Below are positions 13,101 to 29,922 of a stretch of 64,000 nt of DNA, piece by piece; the stretch's first letter is position 1; every line of letters begins with the position of its first letter. The DNA comes from Macrostomum lignano. Lineage: Eukaryota. The position numbers and the translations under genes were made by a program. Location: the NCBI GenBank assembly GCA_002269645.1, contig NIVC01002323.1, positions 119,779 to 183,778 of the forward strand, read 5' to 3'. Below the pieces are notes generated by a model. It searched no databases. It was not told the DNA's origin and saw only the letters and a list, made by a program, of their open reading frames with translations.

Positions 13101-16100
13101 AACGGGAAAGCCCTAGCAAGGCTAACTAAACTCTTCATTATCGAACCAACAATAACTTGCTCAGGACATCGAGCACGTTCTGCTTGTCGGCGTATGCGGC
13201 TCCGTGTGCAATCTGAGCGACTTGGCTCAGAGTAGCCGCTTAGGCGACATCATCGTAGCCTCGCCAAGCCCCAAGCAGGACAGCGCCTACGTCTACTGCG
13301 ACAGCGTTGACGAGGACGACTCCGGCCAGCTGAAATTCAGTCTCAAGCAGTGGATTGTGCCCGATGCTAAACTGCCGCAGTTGGCCGCTAATTTAGTGTC
13401 CGCCTATGGGCCCAGCTTTGAACAGGTGAGCTGCTCCTGTGTGTCCACAGTGTACATCATTTGTGTCTTTGGTTCGGACAGTCCCGTCCATATAGTGTAC
13501 ATCATTTGTGTCTTTGGTTCGGACAGTCCCGTCCATATAGCGTACATCATTTGTGTCTTTGGTTCGGACAGTCCCGTCCATATAGCGTACATCATTTGTG
13601 TCTTTGGTTCGGACAGTCCCGTCCATATAGCGTACATCATTTGTGTCTTTGGTTCGGACAGTCCTATCCATACAGTTTACAACATTTGTGTCTTTAGTTC
13701 GGACATTCCCGTCCATATAGTGTACATCATTTGTGTCTTTGATTCGGACAGTCCCGTCCGTAGTATATATAGTGTCCGCGGACACTCCCGTCCATGAAAC
13801 CGGACACTCACTGTATTTAATCACCAACCCCGTCAGGCGCCATGGACGCAGCTAAGCGCCGAGGTGGCCAATCAGCTGGCCGACTTTGCCAAGCCCGAGG
13901 GCGTGGAAGACAAAGTGCAAATGCAGCTGGGCGACGGTCAGATGATTGAGATGGCGCCGCCAACTCTGGACCGAAGCGGCGACCTGCCAGTTGTTCGAAT
14001 GGGACCGCTGGGCAGCGGCAAACCCATTGTCTCTGACGCCTACCTGAGATCCGAATTCGCCACTGAAAAGGGACTTATTGGCTATGATACGGAGTTTGAT
14101 CAGGTGAGTTCTGTGCTGATTCAATTATGCCAAGTTTTTGGGGTTCTCAATTTTAGTGCGGCTTCTGCAGTGCTGAGTTTGGGTGTCCGATTTTGAGTTT
14201 TTTTGTTCAGGTGCCGAGTCTGGCTTTTTGGGTCTATAGTACTGACTCTGTGTTGCTGAGTCTACTGTGCTGAGTCTGAGTTGCTGTATCTAGGGTGCTG
14301 AGTCTGAGGTGTTGAGTTTATGGTGCTGAGTCTGAGGTGTTGCTGAGGTGTGCTGAGGTGCTGAGGTGTTGAGTTTATGGTGCTGAGTCTAGGATACTAA
14401 GTCGATGGTGCTGAGTCTATGATATAGAGTCTGAGTTGGTAAGTCTAATGAGCTGTGTCCATGGTGCTGATTCTATGGTGCTGATTCTATGATGCTGAGT
14501 CTGAGTTGCTGAGTCTAATGAGATGTGTCTATGGTGCTGATTCTATGATGCTGAGTCTGAGTTGCTGAGTCTGAGTTGCTGGGTCTGAGTTGCTGGGTCT
14601 AATGTGCTGTGTCTATGGTGCTGATTCTATGATGCTGAGTCTGAGTTGCTGAGTCTAATGAGATGTGTCTATGGTGCTGATTCTATGATGCTGAGTCTGA
14701 GTTGCTGAGTCTAATGAGATGTGTCTATGGTGCTGATTCTATGATGCTGAGTCTGAGTTGCTGAGTCTGAGTTGCTGGGTCTAATGTGCTGTGTCTATGG
14801 TGCTGATTCTATGATGCTGAGTCTGAGTTGCTGAGTCTAATGAGATGTGTCTATGGTGCTGATTCTATGATGCTGAGTCTGAGTTGCTGAGTCTAATGAG
14901 ATGTGTCTATGGTGCTGATTCTATGATGCTGAGTCTGAGTTGCTGAGTCTGAGTTGCTGGGTCTAATGTGCTGTGTCTATGGTGCTGATTCTATGATGCT
15001 GAGTCTGAGTTGCTGAGTCTAATGAGATGTGTCTATGGTGCTGATTCTATGATGCTGAGTCTGAGTTGCTGAGTCTGAGTTGCTGGGTCTGAGTTGCTGG
15101 GTCTAATGTGCTGTGTCTATGGTGCTGATTCTATGATGCTGAGTCTGAGTTGCTGAGTCTGAGTTGCTGAGTCTGAGTTGCTGGGTCTAATGTGCTGTGT
15201 CTATGGTGCTGATTCTATGATGCTGAGTCTGAGTTGCTGGGTCTAATGTGCTGTGTCTATGGTGCTGATTCTATGATGCTGAGTCTGAGTTGCTGAGTCT
15301 AATGAGATGTGTCTATGGTGCTGATTCTATGATGCTGAGTCTGAGTTGCTGAGTCTAATGAGCTGTGTCTATGGTGCTGATTCTATGATGCTGAGTCTGA
15401 GTTGCTGAGTCTAATGAGCTGTGTCTATGGTGCTGATTCTATGATGCTGAGTCTGAGTTGCTGAGTCTAATGAGCTGTGTCTATGGTGCTGATTCTATGA
15501 TGCTGAGTCTGAGTTGCTGGGTCTAATGAGATGTGTCTATGGTGCTGATTCTATGATGCTGAGTCTGAGTTGCTGGGTCTAATGAGATGTGTCTATGGTG
15601 CTGATTCTATGATGCTGAGTCTGAGTTGCTGAGTCTAATGAGCTGTGTCTATGGTGCTGATTCTATGATGCTGAGTCTGAGTTGCTGAGTCTAATGAGCT
15701 GTGTCTATGGTGCTGATTCTATGATGCTGAGTCTGAGTTGCTGGGTCTAATGTGCTGTGTCTATGGTGCTGATTCTATGATGCTGAGTCTGAGTTGCTGG
15801 GTCTAATGAGCTGTGTCTATGGTGCTGATTCTATGATGCTGAGTCTGAGTTGCTGAGTCTAATGAGATGTGTCTATGGTGCTGATTCTATGATGCTGAGT
15901 CTGAGTTGCTGAGTCTGAGTTGCTGAGTCTAATGAGCTGTGTCTATGGTGCTGATTCTATGATGCTGAGTCTGAGTTGCTGAGTCTAATGAGCTGTGTCT
16001 ATGGTGCTGATTCTATGATGCTGAGTCTGAGTTGCTGGGTCTAATGAGCTGTGTCTATGGTGCTGATTCTATGATGCTGAGTCTGAGTTGCTGGGTCTAA

Positions 16101-16839
16101 GGAGCTGTGTCTATGGTGCTGATTCTATGATGCTGAGTCTGAGTTGCTGGGTCTAATGAGCTGTGTCTATGGTGCTGATTCTATGATGCTGAGTCTGAGT
16201 TGCTGAGTCTGAGTTGCTGAGTCTAATGAGATGTGTCTATGGTGCTGATTCTATGATGCTGAGTCTGAGTTGCTGAGTCTGAGTTGCTGAGTCTAATGAG
16301 CTGTGTCTATGGTGCTGATTCTATGATGCTGAGTCTGAGTTGCTGAGTCTAATGAGCTGTGTCTATGGTGCTGATTCTATGATGCTGAGTCTGAGTTGCT
16401 GGGTCTAATGTGCTGTGTCTATGGTGCTGATTCTATGATGCTGAGTCTGAGTTGCTGAGTCTAATGTGCTGTGTCTATGGTGCTGATTCTATGATGCTGA
16501 GTCTGAGTTGCTGAGTCTAATGTGAGGGGTCCATGGTGCTGAGCCCGAGCTAATTCCTCAAAATGGAATGCATTCTGTATCTGAGGTTCACAGTATACAA
16601 TATCAGCTAGATGTAAATCAGTCTGCTGAGCAATCATCTTCAGACAATAATAAAAAACCTAACTTATCCCATTTCCCGCTCAGGTACTCGAGAGCATCCT
16701 TGGCAACCGGTGCAACTCCTTCCTGGTTGTGCGCGCCTGCTCGGATTATCACGATGGTCAGAAGGGCTCAGTGTGGCAGCCGTATGCCAGTCTGCAGGCT
16801 GCGGCATTCGCTAAGAGTGTATTGCAGGAATTGGTCTGA
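6286..16839 (+). CDS. About 589-aa protein: N-terminal domain + winged-helix (Storkhead-like) + PNP/UDP phosphorylase (nucleosidase)-fold domain
   Basis: Exons 6286-6457, 9518-9606, 10381-10627, 10776-10793, 11233-11332, 11930-12389, 13165-13425, 13837-14103, 16684-16839. All GT-AG, phases compatible, total 1770 nt. PNP-fold motifs: VAIITNLMCEKRAVDA, VLLVGVCGS, RLGDIIVAS, VVRACSDYHDGQKGSVWQPYAS. wHTH-like segment IEEAYPNVLTTEELSK...ILDQLLTEGRL. Exon 1 is the least certain. Confidence 0.85.
6625..6862 (+). repeat. About 30-bp minisatellite (GAGGTGAGATTCGTCCCCTTAACCAACCCCT) in intron 1
   Basis: About 7-8 imperfect tandem copies. Confidence 0.9.
7714..8761 (+). repeat. GCCAGCTACAGA-core minisatellite (18-21 bp units)
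   Basis: Tandem copies; source of spurious ORFs 7802-8810. Confidence 0.95.
9979..10218 (+). repeat. (GATA)n microsatellite
   Basis: Direct inspection. Confidence 0.97.
11470..11872 (+). repeat. About 32-33-bp minisatellite with GGTTGCTAGGGTA core
   Basis: About 12 imperfect copies in intron 5. Confidence 0.9.
12692..13045 (+). repeat. 16-bp minisatellite (TAGTAAGATTCCGACA)
   Basis: About 20 copies in intron 6. Confidence 0.95.
13449..13765 (+). repeat. 45-bp minisatellite
   Basis: About 7 copies of TACATCATTTGTGTCTTTGGTTCGGACAGTCCCGTCCATATAGCG in intron 7. Confidence 0.95.
14255..16545 (+). repeat. 56/70-bp minisatellite (ATGGTGCTGATTCTATGATGCTGAGTCTGAGTTGCTGAGTCTAATGAGATGTGTCT)
   Basis: More than 30 copies filling intron 8; length variants arise from a 14-bp internal subunit. 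Confidence 0.97.
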
Positions 16840-17035
16840 ATGCGCGAGATTAGTGACGAGTATCGTATTAGAAGAAATCTGTACTTGAAAATTTCGCTTA
16901 AGTCTATAGGATTTACAGTAGTGCTAAAAATACATTGAAAGTTTTCCATCTCGTTGAGCAATTTTGCAGCGAAAACCAAGGGCCTCCTCACCTGTGGAAG
17001 TTTTTATATTTTCCAAGCTTAACATCTTTCTAGGC

Positions 17036-17564
17036 CAGAGGTCGGCAAACCGTCTTAACGTAAGTGCCGATTATAGAATCTAGCGCATGGCTGCGGGCCT
17101 GAGAGGAGAGAGAAGAGAGGAAATAGGAGAGGGGAGTGGAGAGAAGAGAAGGGAGGGGAGAGGAGAGGGGAGAGTAGAGAAGGGAAGGGAGAGGAGAGGG
17201 GGAGGAGAGGGGGGAAAAGAAGGAAAGGGGAGAGGAGAGGAGGGGAGAAGAGAGGAAAGGGGAGAGAAGAGGGGAGAGAAGAGGGGAGAGAAGAGAGGAA
17301 AGGGGAGAGAAGAGAGGAAAGGGGAGAGAAGAGAGGGGAGAAGAGAGGAAAGGGGAGAGGAATATAAAGTAGAAAGGAGAGAGGACAGAGAGCAAAAGGG
17401 GAGAGTGGATAGGAGAGGGGAGAGAAGAGGAGAGAGGAGGGGAGATGAGACCAGGGTAGAAAGATGAGATGAGACAGAAGAGAAAAAGAGAAGAGTGCTG
17501 AGCTGATGCCCGCATTGCTATTGTGAAGTTTCAAGGACCAGCGGGCAGGGTTTGCCGACCCCTG
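17036..17564. mobile_element. hAT/Charlie-type MITE with an internal GA-rich purine expansion
   Basis: TIRs CAGAGGTCGGCAAAC (17036-17050) / GTTTGCCGACCCCTG (17550-17564), 14/15 match. Flanks TTCTAGGC and CTCTGGAC resemble the Charlie NTCTAGAN target. Purine tract at about 17100-17490. Confidence 0.8.
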
Positions 17565-19507
17565 CTCTGGACTTTATTTCGTGCAACTGTGCTGATGACA
17601 CTGTGTACTTCTTCCTTGTCAAATATAATCCTGCCCCGGTTCGTTATAAGCTTGTATTTGAAACAAGGTTTAGGTTTATATTTTACTCTTGCATTGCTTA
17701 TTCATTAATTATTAGCAGCCGGTACTTGTTAGACTACTTAAAGTGGCAATGTTAGTAAAGGAACGAGTAGAGTTTTGCTAATCTTGTATTTTAATTGCTT
17801 GCTTACACGATATCTTAATTATTTGTGGCTACATATGCTATCAATGTTGCTTATTTGTGTAAATATATTCATATCCAAGAATAGCTTGCTCTTTGTTTAG
17901 CAATGCAATAAATATCTTATTGATTACGATGGTTAATAATGTTTCATTCGTTTATGTAAAGCTTTTTGTTTTGCTTTGGCAGCAGCAGAGTAGTGTGAAA
18001 GTTGATTATTAATATTTATACTTTAAGCTCTAGTTCATGTTGCCTATGAATTATTGTAATCGATTTTAGTTACCCGCGGTTCCTCTATTATTATTTAAGC
18101 TGTCGTCGAATGTCAGATTTTGCAATAGCTCCTTAACTTGTTTGTTTTTCCTGCTTTGAATCAATTTTTGTTTTAATCCTGTTTATACTCTTTTCACAGA
18201 TTTCCAGCTGATGAAATGATTAAGCGGTTAAAATATAAATTCATAATTCAATTTTAGACAGATTTATTATCGTCCTGCGGCTGGCTTTTTGCTGCGCTTG
18301 TAAATCACGGACTAAATATTTATTAGTTATGAACAGAATTTTCTCTTTTGTTTCATTCAAGATACTACTTTTAGTAGTAAAAAGAATCATACTCTATAAG
18401 CTGAAGCGATTAAGCCGATCAACAGAAAGAAATCCAATTCTGAACTTCTAGTCGGGCGCGGATATCATTTAGGCCGGAAAAAACCATGTTTCAAAATTAA
18501 TTTATTTATAGAAATTTTGCAACGGTATATGCGCTGCTTACACTACTTGTTTGTGATGTGAGTACTGAGTAGTATGCATCGCATTAAGTACTTATACTAT
18601 ACATTTATAACAGCTGTTTAATTCTTGACTTCTTCGTTAAGCCCTCTGGTAAATAAACCAGATAACACCACAAGATAATTTGCGAATCTTGTCAGATTCA
18701 CTACCGATTTCCTTGTTTGAGGTGCGAAACTGGTAAAAACCACCAGATTCGTCACCATGTAATTTTAGTGTTATCTGGTTTGCCTGTTATCTGGTGAGTC
18801 ATCTGAATTTCACCAGATAACATGGCCCAAATCTTGCTTTGAAATCAGATTACATGACAAGATTCGCCACCAGAAATTTTTTTGTTTTCTTGTTTGACTG
18901 TTATCTGGTGAGTTATCTGGATTTTACAGGATAACATGACGCGAATCTTGTTTGAAAATCAGATAACAGTACAAGATTCGCCACCAGATAATTCTCTGTT
19001 ATCTTGGTTGATCAAATCTTGTTTGAATCGGAATTTGACAGGATAACAAAGCGCGAATCTTGTTTGAAAATCAGATAATGGAACAAGATTTCAATCAAGA
19101 TACCTTTGTGTTATCCGGTCCATAAAAACCCATTGTACTTTTCACCCAGAATTTCTAAAATTTCGTGATCTGGGCCCGATTTATTAATTAATTTCCAAGT
19201 AAAGGCCCGGATCAGCATTTTTGGCCCGGAATATCCCCTTTTTCAGAAAATGTGATCCTGCAAAGTTCGAGAAAAAGGAAAGCTGTTCCGGCTGGATTTT
19301 CCAAAAAATTTCACCTGGAACACAGCTAAATTCTGAGTGTAGACCCTAATTTCAGTAGATTTTCTGGATGTAAATGTTCTGGGTGAGATTTTGGAAGTTC
19401 AGTCGGAATTCCTCAGTGATCTGAACCAAGTGATCCGGAAAATCCACAGGGATCAGCTCCCATTGACCCGAATCTCGATGAAGTTACGGATAAGACTGGT
19501 CTTCGCG

Positions 19508-20181
19508 TCTGTTGTGGCTTAAGGCAGCTGCTATGCTGACCTGCGATGGATAATCAATCCTCGCTTCTGTTGTGGCTCAAGGCAGCTCTGCTATGCTGAC
19601 CTGCGATGGATAATCAATCCTCGCTTCTGTTGTGGCTCAAGGCAGCTGCTATGCTGACCTGCGATGGATAATCAATCCTCGCTTCTGTTGTGGCTCAAGG
19701 CAGCTCTGCTATGCTGACCTGCGATGGATAATCAATCCTCGCTTCTGTTGTGGCTTAAGGCAGCTCTGCTACGCTGACCTGCGATGGATAATCAATCCTC
19801 GCTTCTGTTGTGGCTCAAGGCAGCTCTGCTATGCTGACCTGCGATGGATAATCAATCCTCGCTTCTGTTGTGGCTCAAGGCAGCTCTGCTATGCTGACCT
19901 GCGATGGATAATCAATCCTCGCTTCTGTTGTGGCTTAAGGCAGCTGCTATGCTGACCTGCGATGGATAATCAATCCTCGCTTCTGTTGTGGCTCAAGGCA
20001 GCTCTGCTATGCTGACCTGCGATGGATAATCAATCCTCGCTTCTGTTGTGGCTTAAGGCAGCTCTGCTATGCTGACCTGCGATGGATAATCAATCCTCGC
20101 TTCTGTTGTGGCTCAAGGCAGCTGCTATGCTGACCTGCGATGGATAATCAATCCTCGCTTCTGTTGTGGCTTAAGGCAGCT
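19508..20181 (+). repeat. 58/60-bp tandem array (about 11.5 copies) inside the CACTA-like element
   Basis: TCTGTTGTGGCTCAAGGCAGCTCTGCTATGCTGACCTGCGATGGATAATCAATCCTCGCT, head-to-tail with no spacers. Confidence 0.97.
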
Positions 20182-20343
20182 ACTAAGAGTAGTCACTTTT
20201 ATTTGACTACGCAGGTCAATCTTTAATCCGAGGGGTAAAAAAGCCTCGAAATTGCAAAGTGAATTGATCTGCTTTTCGGAGGCACTGTAGCGTCCGTAAT
20301 GTGAGGCTGTGCACATCCTCCGTACAGGTGACAATTAAAAAAT

Positions 20344-21222
20344 TGTTGCGCCCTGATTGTGTGCGAGAGGTTTGACTACCACTGGCATGTAGTCTATTAT
20401 AGCTGCTTAGTGTGTCAACGGGCTGAATGATTCTATCGTCATATTTGACGCTTATGATGGGTTTCGACCTTCGGGCTCCTTGTTAGGGAAGCCTTCGGGT
20501 CTCAGGCTCAGAAATAAATCAATTAGAGACCTGGCCCCCCACTCCTGTCAGATGGTCAGCCCCATGGTAGCTTGATCGTGTGGCGAGCAGTCTAGGTCCT
20601 ATAGCTAAGAGAGGGACAGCGAGAGACGAGCAGGGAGAATTTTGAAAGTAGAAATTAGCTAATCCGCAGATCAACTAACTTGCTGCCACCAGCCCGTGCG
20701 CCCTGGCTCACCACACCGGGACTCTCGAAATCGGGCTTCCGACTAGAAGGGGCTTTGCACTTACCTGCCAACTAGTGTCTTTTTGCTGTCAATCTCGAAG
20801 TCATATAGCCGATGATAAGGGACACTGCTGGAACTAGATCGCGTTGGCCATGCAGGTACAGAGGGGACTTGTGCAGGGGATTCTTGCGGTGGCGAGTCTA
20901 TGGGGTAGCTACATGTACTATTACATTGCTAAATACGAAGATATGTACTTTTAGCCTTCAACGCGCCAACTAGCCTCTCATAGCGCTGATGATAGGCTAA
21001 CTCGAACTTCAGAGACCGCATGATTCATTTACCCGGCCGCTTGGCTACCCTAGAGTGCACAAAGTACATCTCTGGCGCCGATTCTGCACTTCTGGCAGTT
21101 TTGCTCACTGATTTGTTAGATTGGTCGACTGAGAACTGCCTTGCCATTGGTCCACTGTGACCGGCGCCTACTAGCTTAGCTACTCATCTGAGCCATCGGC
21201 GAACAAAGAAATAAAACCGACA
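20344..21222 (+). mobile_element. Candidate solo LTR
   Basis: Begins TGTTG, ends ...GAAATAAAACCGACA with AATAAA near the 3' end. Flanks AAAAT/AAGAT match only 4/5. No second copy in the window. Confidence 0.25.
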
Positions 21223-22667
21223 AAGATAACTGTTAGATTTAACCTTCTCCTTAGTTCACTTCACACTTCAGATTGAATTGGAGTCTTAGACTACTAGCAG
21301 TATTATTGAATGATTCCTGCCTCAGCAACAGCACTACTGAACAAAATGAGCAAAAGTGTGCGCCTAATTCAGCTACTGCAACAGGGGACAGAAAAGGGAT
21401 CACCCAATCAAGCAAGTCTAGGTAGCCTCTCACCCAACCAATCAGAAACTCAACAGCCGGAGACCAGGTATTCCACAGTGACCGAATCGGCTCGATGCTC
21501 TGCAGCTGTAGACTCGGGATGATGCTGTCACAATCTTCGCTGTTAGCTAGCAGGTGATGCTCTTAACTGGATGTTCGCTGCTGTCGACCGGGGGACTCGT
21601 CCTTGATGATGATGGGGGAGGTTGCAATCCGGGGATCAAGAAACGACGGTCGTGCTCCGGGAACCAGAAGTTGCGCGCTGGACCCGAGCCAAAGTAAGAA
21701 GAAGTTGCGTCCGAGCGGGCCAAAAACTCCGGTTTAAATAGCCGCCAACTGGACCGCAGTTTGTTATAACGGAACACGTCGATTCTGATTGGCTGAGCCG
21801 ATTTGTTAAAATGAGCGCCGAATTTTCTGATTGGCTAAGCTCGTTGCTACCCAGAATCACGTGACCGAGAGATCCTATCAGTTCCCACAGGGTCGTAAAA
21901 AGATGACAGGTGCGGCCATAAATCACCCAAAATCGCAACAAAATGATTTATGACTTTTCGCGTAGGATTGACAGAAATTAATGAAAAAATATACATTAGA
22001 AAGCTCTTATTAAATAGAAAGTGAAGATAATGAAGAGAAATCGCTAATCGCTGATCCCAAGGTACTTTTAGGGGTACAACGCATAGCTGTCAAAGCTGTC
22101 ACACGCTTGAGTGAATCCGAACAATAGGCTCTGACCTCATAAATCTTGATGGCCTGTCAAAATGATGAGAAAAAAAAGCTACCGCCCGCATCCTCTCAGA
22201 CCATCTGGCGCTCGCTTCAACACTGAGTGAGGCGCAGGTGGCTGTCAGATCAGCTTCGAAAGCGATGATTTACGACCCAAAAAGCTGCGCCAGCAAGCTT
22301 TAATGTTATTATGACTACTAGTATGGCCAGACATTATATCTAGTATAGATTCTATGAAAATTCGCAGAAAAAGGATAAAAATGCCCACTGCCCACTGTTA
22401 GTAGGCAAGTAAGTTTAGAGCCCATGTGCTAGCGCGGGATTTGGGAAAAAGTGCGTCCTCATCACTTAGAAGCATGAGTCAACCAACCATATTCTTTGGC
22501 ACAGCTGGGTGTCTAGACTGAGACTGTGGCATAGTTCCAAATAGCTCTAACTGGCCCAGTATGCAAAGCAGCTTTCCTATTAAGATATATGCTAATCCTA
22601 ATTATGTCGGTACATGCTCCATTGGTTTGTCTAAGGCGTTTGCAGTTGCACCAGCCGTGAGCAGATC

Positions 22668-22851
22668 AAGTCAAGAGAGTAGTCGTTACAGACTTCGAGT
22701 GTCGGTAATCTTGTTGAGGTTTAATAAATCCTCAAACAAGTCAAGAGAGTAGTCGTTACAGACTACGAGTGTCGGTAATCTTGTCGAGGGTTAATAAATC
22801 TTCGAACAAGTCAAGAGAGTAGTTACAGACTACGAGTGTCGGTAATCTTGT
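22668..22851 (+). repeat. 70-bp tandem repeat, about 2.6 copies
   Basis: AAGTCAAGAGAGTAGTCGTTACAGAC... recurs at 22668, 22738 and 22808. Confidence 0.9.
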
Positions 22852-23830
22852 CAGCCACTTGTTTTCGGAGGGTGTCACTGCTTCGAACGACGCAGTTGAT
22901 GACGCCGTTGGACGATCGTCCATCGCACTACCAACATCTGCAACGCCAAGTCGGTTGGATATTACCGTTGGCACACGGGATTGCGAAGACAATCAGGTAA
23001 GAGTTTCCAGCGCAGTCGGCATTTCGTGGACGCAACTGCACGACGAAGCCATCGCCGCGCGAGCCGGCGCATCAGATGATACACCATTCACTTTGTTTCC
23101 GGTCTACGAGCAGCCGATCAACGAAAGCCAGTTGATTCCGGATGACGACTATGCTACGAATGACATTCTATCGACGCAGCTGACATTACTAGTGAACAGT
23201 CGTACAATCTGGCAATGATTGTCGGCGAACCGTCGCTGTCTGTTAGAGCTAGACGATTGAGTGTGTATGTACATTACTGTTTCTTTATAATTCTGTATAT
23301 TTCGGAGAAGGCTTCCATCGCCATTTAATTTAACTTTATAATGCAGAGTCGTTCCATTGCGCCGGCATATAATGCAAGCCCCCGTCGGTGGTCTCATTCA
23401 TCGCCGTCCGCGCGCGCGACCCGATCTTTCAAACGTCTGGCTCACGCGTCGACTGCCGCCAGAGTCGTGTCCGAGTACAGCAGGTCCGACCTCGCCAGCG
23501 AGTACACCAGCTCGCAGCAGATCACCAATTCAGTAGCATCAATTGGTATCCACAGTATAAGTAGGTCTACTTATAACTGGACTCCCGCAACTCAGACGTA
23601 TGCCACGCTGTTCTCCAGACATTTCCGCTCCTGTTAAGCTACCGCTTAATTTGTATAAGACGATTACAAATGACACCCCGCTGTTAAATAGATGCTACTC
23701 ATAAAATCTTGAAGCACCAACTTTTTATACACTTACTTACTACTTACTACTTACTACTGACGGGGGCGCAGGCGCCGCGAATAGGCCGCGAGGCCCCTAT
23801 CGCAACCCCCAAGGTAAAAGAGCACGAGGA

Positions 23831-28105
<4,275 letters not shown>

Positions 28106-28614
28106 TTACTGCGAAATTTGATGTCAATGCCTTCCGGATTTTATTCGCATGAATTACCCGACTGTTACCTGGTCAACGAATGTTGCTTGTCGGATAGGAT
28201 AAAAAACAAGATAACAAACAGGATAACACGATGTTTCTCTGCAAGATTCGCATGAATTACCCGACTGTTACCTGGTCAGTGAATCCTATTCGAATCTTGT
28301 TTGAAACAATGAAACGTAAGATTTCGTCACGCAAACAGGATTCATACAAGATAACATTTTGTCTAACCGGAATAGGGCGTTATCTTGTTTGAGCGAAAGT
28401 TATCTTGTGATGTTATCTGGTTTATTTACCAGAGGGAGTCTTACGCTTCTGTCGACTTTATCAGTGCCTTGGCTGCGATCAGGGTATTGAGGTTTAAATT
28501 TGAGCAAGGATTCATTGAAATCCTTCCAATCTGTAAAACTAGCTTTTTCGGCTCTCTGAATGAATTAAAATTTAGATGAGAATAAGGTGCAGATACTAGA
28601 AAAATCGGGTATGC

Positions 28615-29530
28615 TACTCGCTATAAAATGCGCTTATCTTCTCTTTTTCAGTAGCGAAAGTAGCGTTTTAGCCAAAAAAATAGTAGCATTCAAATCTACG
28701 AGTACTAAACTTCACAAGATATTTTGCATTGACTTTTAAAGCTGCAGTAATCGTCTCTGGTTTTCTACAAGCAGATCTCTTAAGTTAGCTATTTCATCCT
28801 CTTACACCGACTGGGCTGCTTCAGAATATATATTTTTTAAATCTATTTAATAAAAACTGAAGATTGCAGGAAAACTTACAAAACCCAAATCCACTTCCTG
28901 TGAATAGCGACTATAGCGAGCAAGAGAGAAAAGAGCCCCAGCTAAGGCTGATAAATAGTTTTGGCTTTCGCCCGCTTGTGTCTTTGACCTCTCTCCTTAC
29001 TGCTCTCTCATTGGCAGAGCCAGATTGGGCCTGCCCCTAGGCTGAGTTTCGTCCGTCTGACTTTGACCTCTCTCCTTACTGCTCTCTCATTGGCAGAGCC
29101 AGATTGGGCCTGCCCCTAGGCTGAGTTTCGTCCGTCTGACTTTGACCTCTCTCCTTACTGCTCTCTCATTGGCAGAGCCAGATTGGGCCTGCCCCTAGGC
29201 TGAGTTTCGTCCGTCTGACTTTGACCTCTCTCCTTACTGCTCTCTCATTGGCTGAGCTAGATTGGGCCTAGCCCTAGGCCGAGTTTCATCCGTCTTGCGT
29301 TCACTTTTGTGTACATTGAGTTAATGCTTGCTGTTCATGCTTAGTAAATTCTGCACGTTCTTAGTAAGTTCTGCGTTCTTAAAACCCCATACATGTAATG
29401 TTCCTGAAGCCAAAAACCCGAGAAATGAAAGTAAATTTAAGTGACACTGCGCAGACAAACTACTGAAAAAATCAGACGCTCTGCTTTTTTACAAACTTTA
29501 ATTGCGATTGACATCTAGTTTTTCTAGCAC
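28615..29530 (+). repeat. Dispersed repeat copy A, with four tandem 79-bp units each carrying two ATTGG (CCAAT) motifs
   Basis: Collinear similarity to 33765-34395; 79-bp units start at 28982, 29061, 29140 and 29219. Confidence 0.85.
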
Positions 29531-29587
29531 CAAATGCACGAAATGCAGAATGCATAATTCAACATGCACGATATTCTAGGGTCCCTA

Positions 29588-29788
29588 GCGTTTTTTTAGA
29601 ATCCAACAGACACCTCCCTCTGGTAACCAAATCTTGTCTATGGCCTACACCGCTTCTAGTATTGATGTTCAAAGCCACTGCTACAAAATAGGCTGAAGAA
29701 AGTTTGCAAATCGATTCAGCAGCGATTTAGGCCATAGACAGAAGATTTGGTTACCGGAGGAGGTGTCTGTTGGATTCTAAAAAAACGG
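29588..29788. mobile_element. Tc1/mariner-type MITE, 201 bp
   Basis: About 59-bp near-perfect TIRs (29589-29647 vs 29728-29787), termini (C)CGTTTTT, flanked by TA at 29586-29587 and 29789-29790. Confidence 0.85.
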
Positions 29789-29922
29789 TATTCAATCGTA
29801 TTTTCTCTCTCTTAGTCCATGTAAATTGGCACTTTATTTAACATCAGATTATAAGCAATATTACGACATCAAAATTCTTAGTTAATCGTACATTCAAAAC
29901 TAGAGACTAATACACCTATGTA

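Noticed and set aside
19508-20181. CRISPR-like regular repeats
   Set aside because: Head-to-tail units without unique spacers, eukaryotic context, no cas genes.
20441-20500. Hammerhead-ribozyme-like segment on the minus strand (GAGCCCGAAGGTCGAAAC)
   Set aside because: The CUGANGA core is absent and stem II is imperfect.
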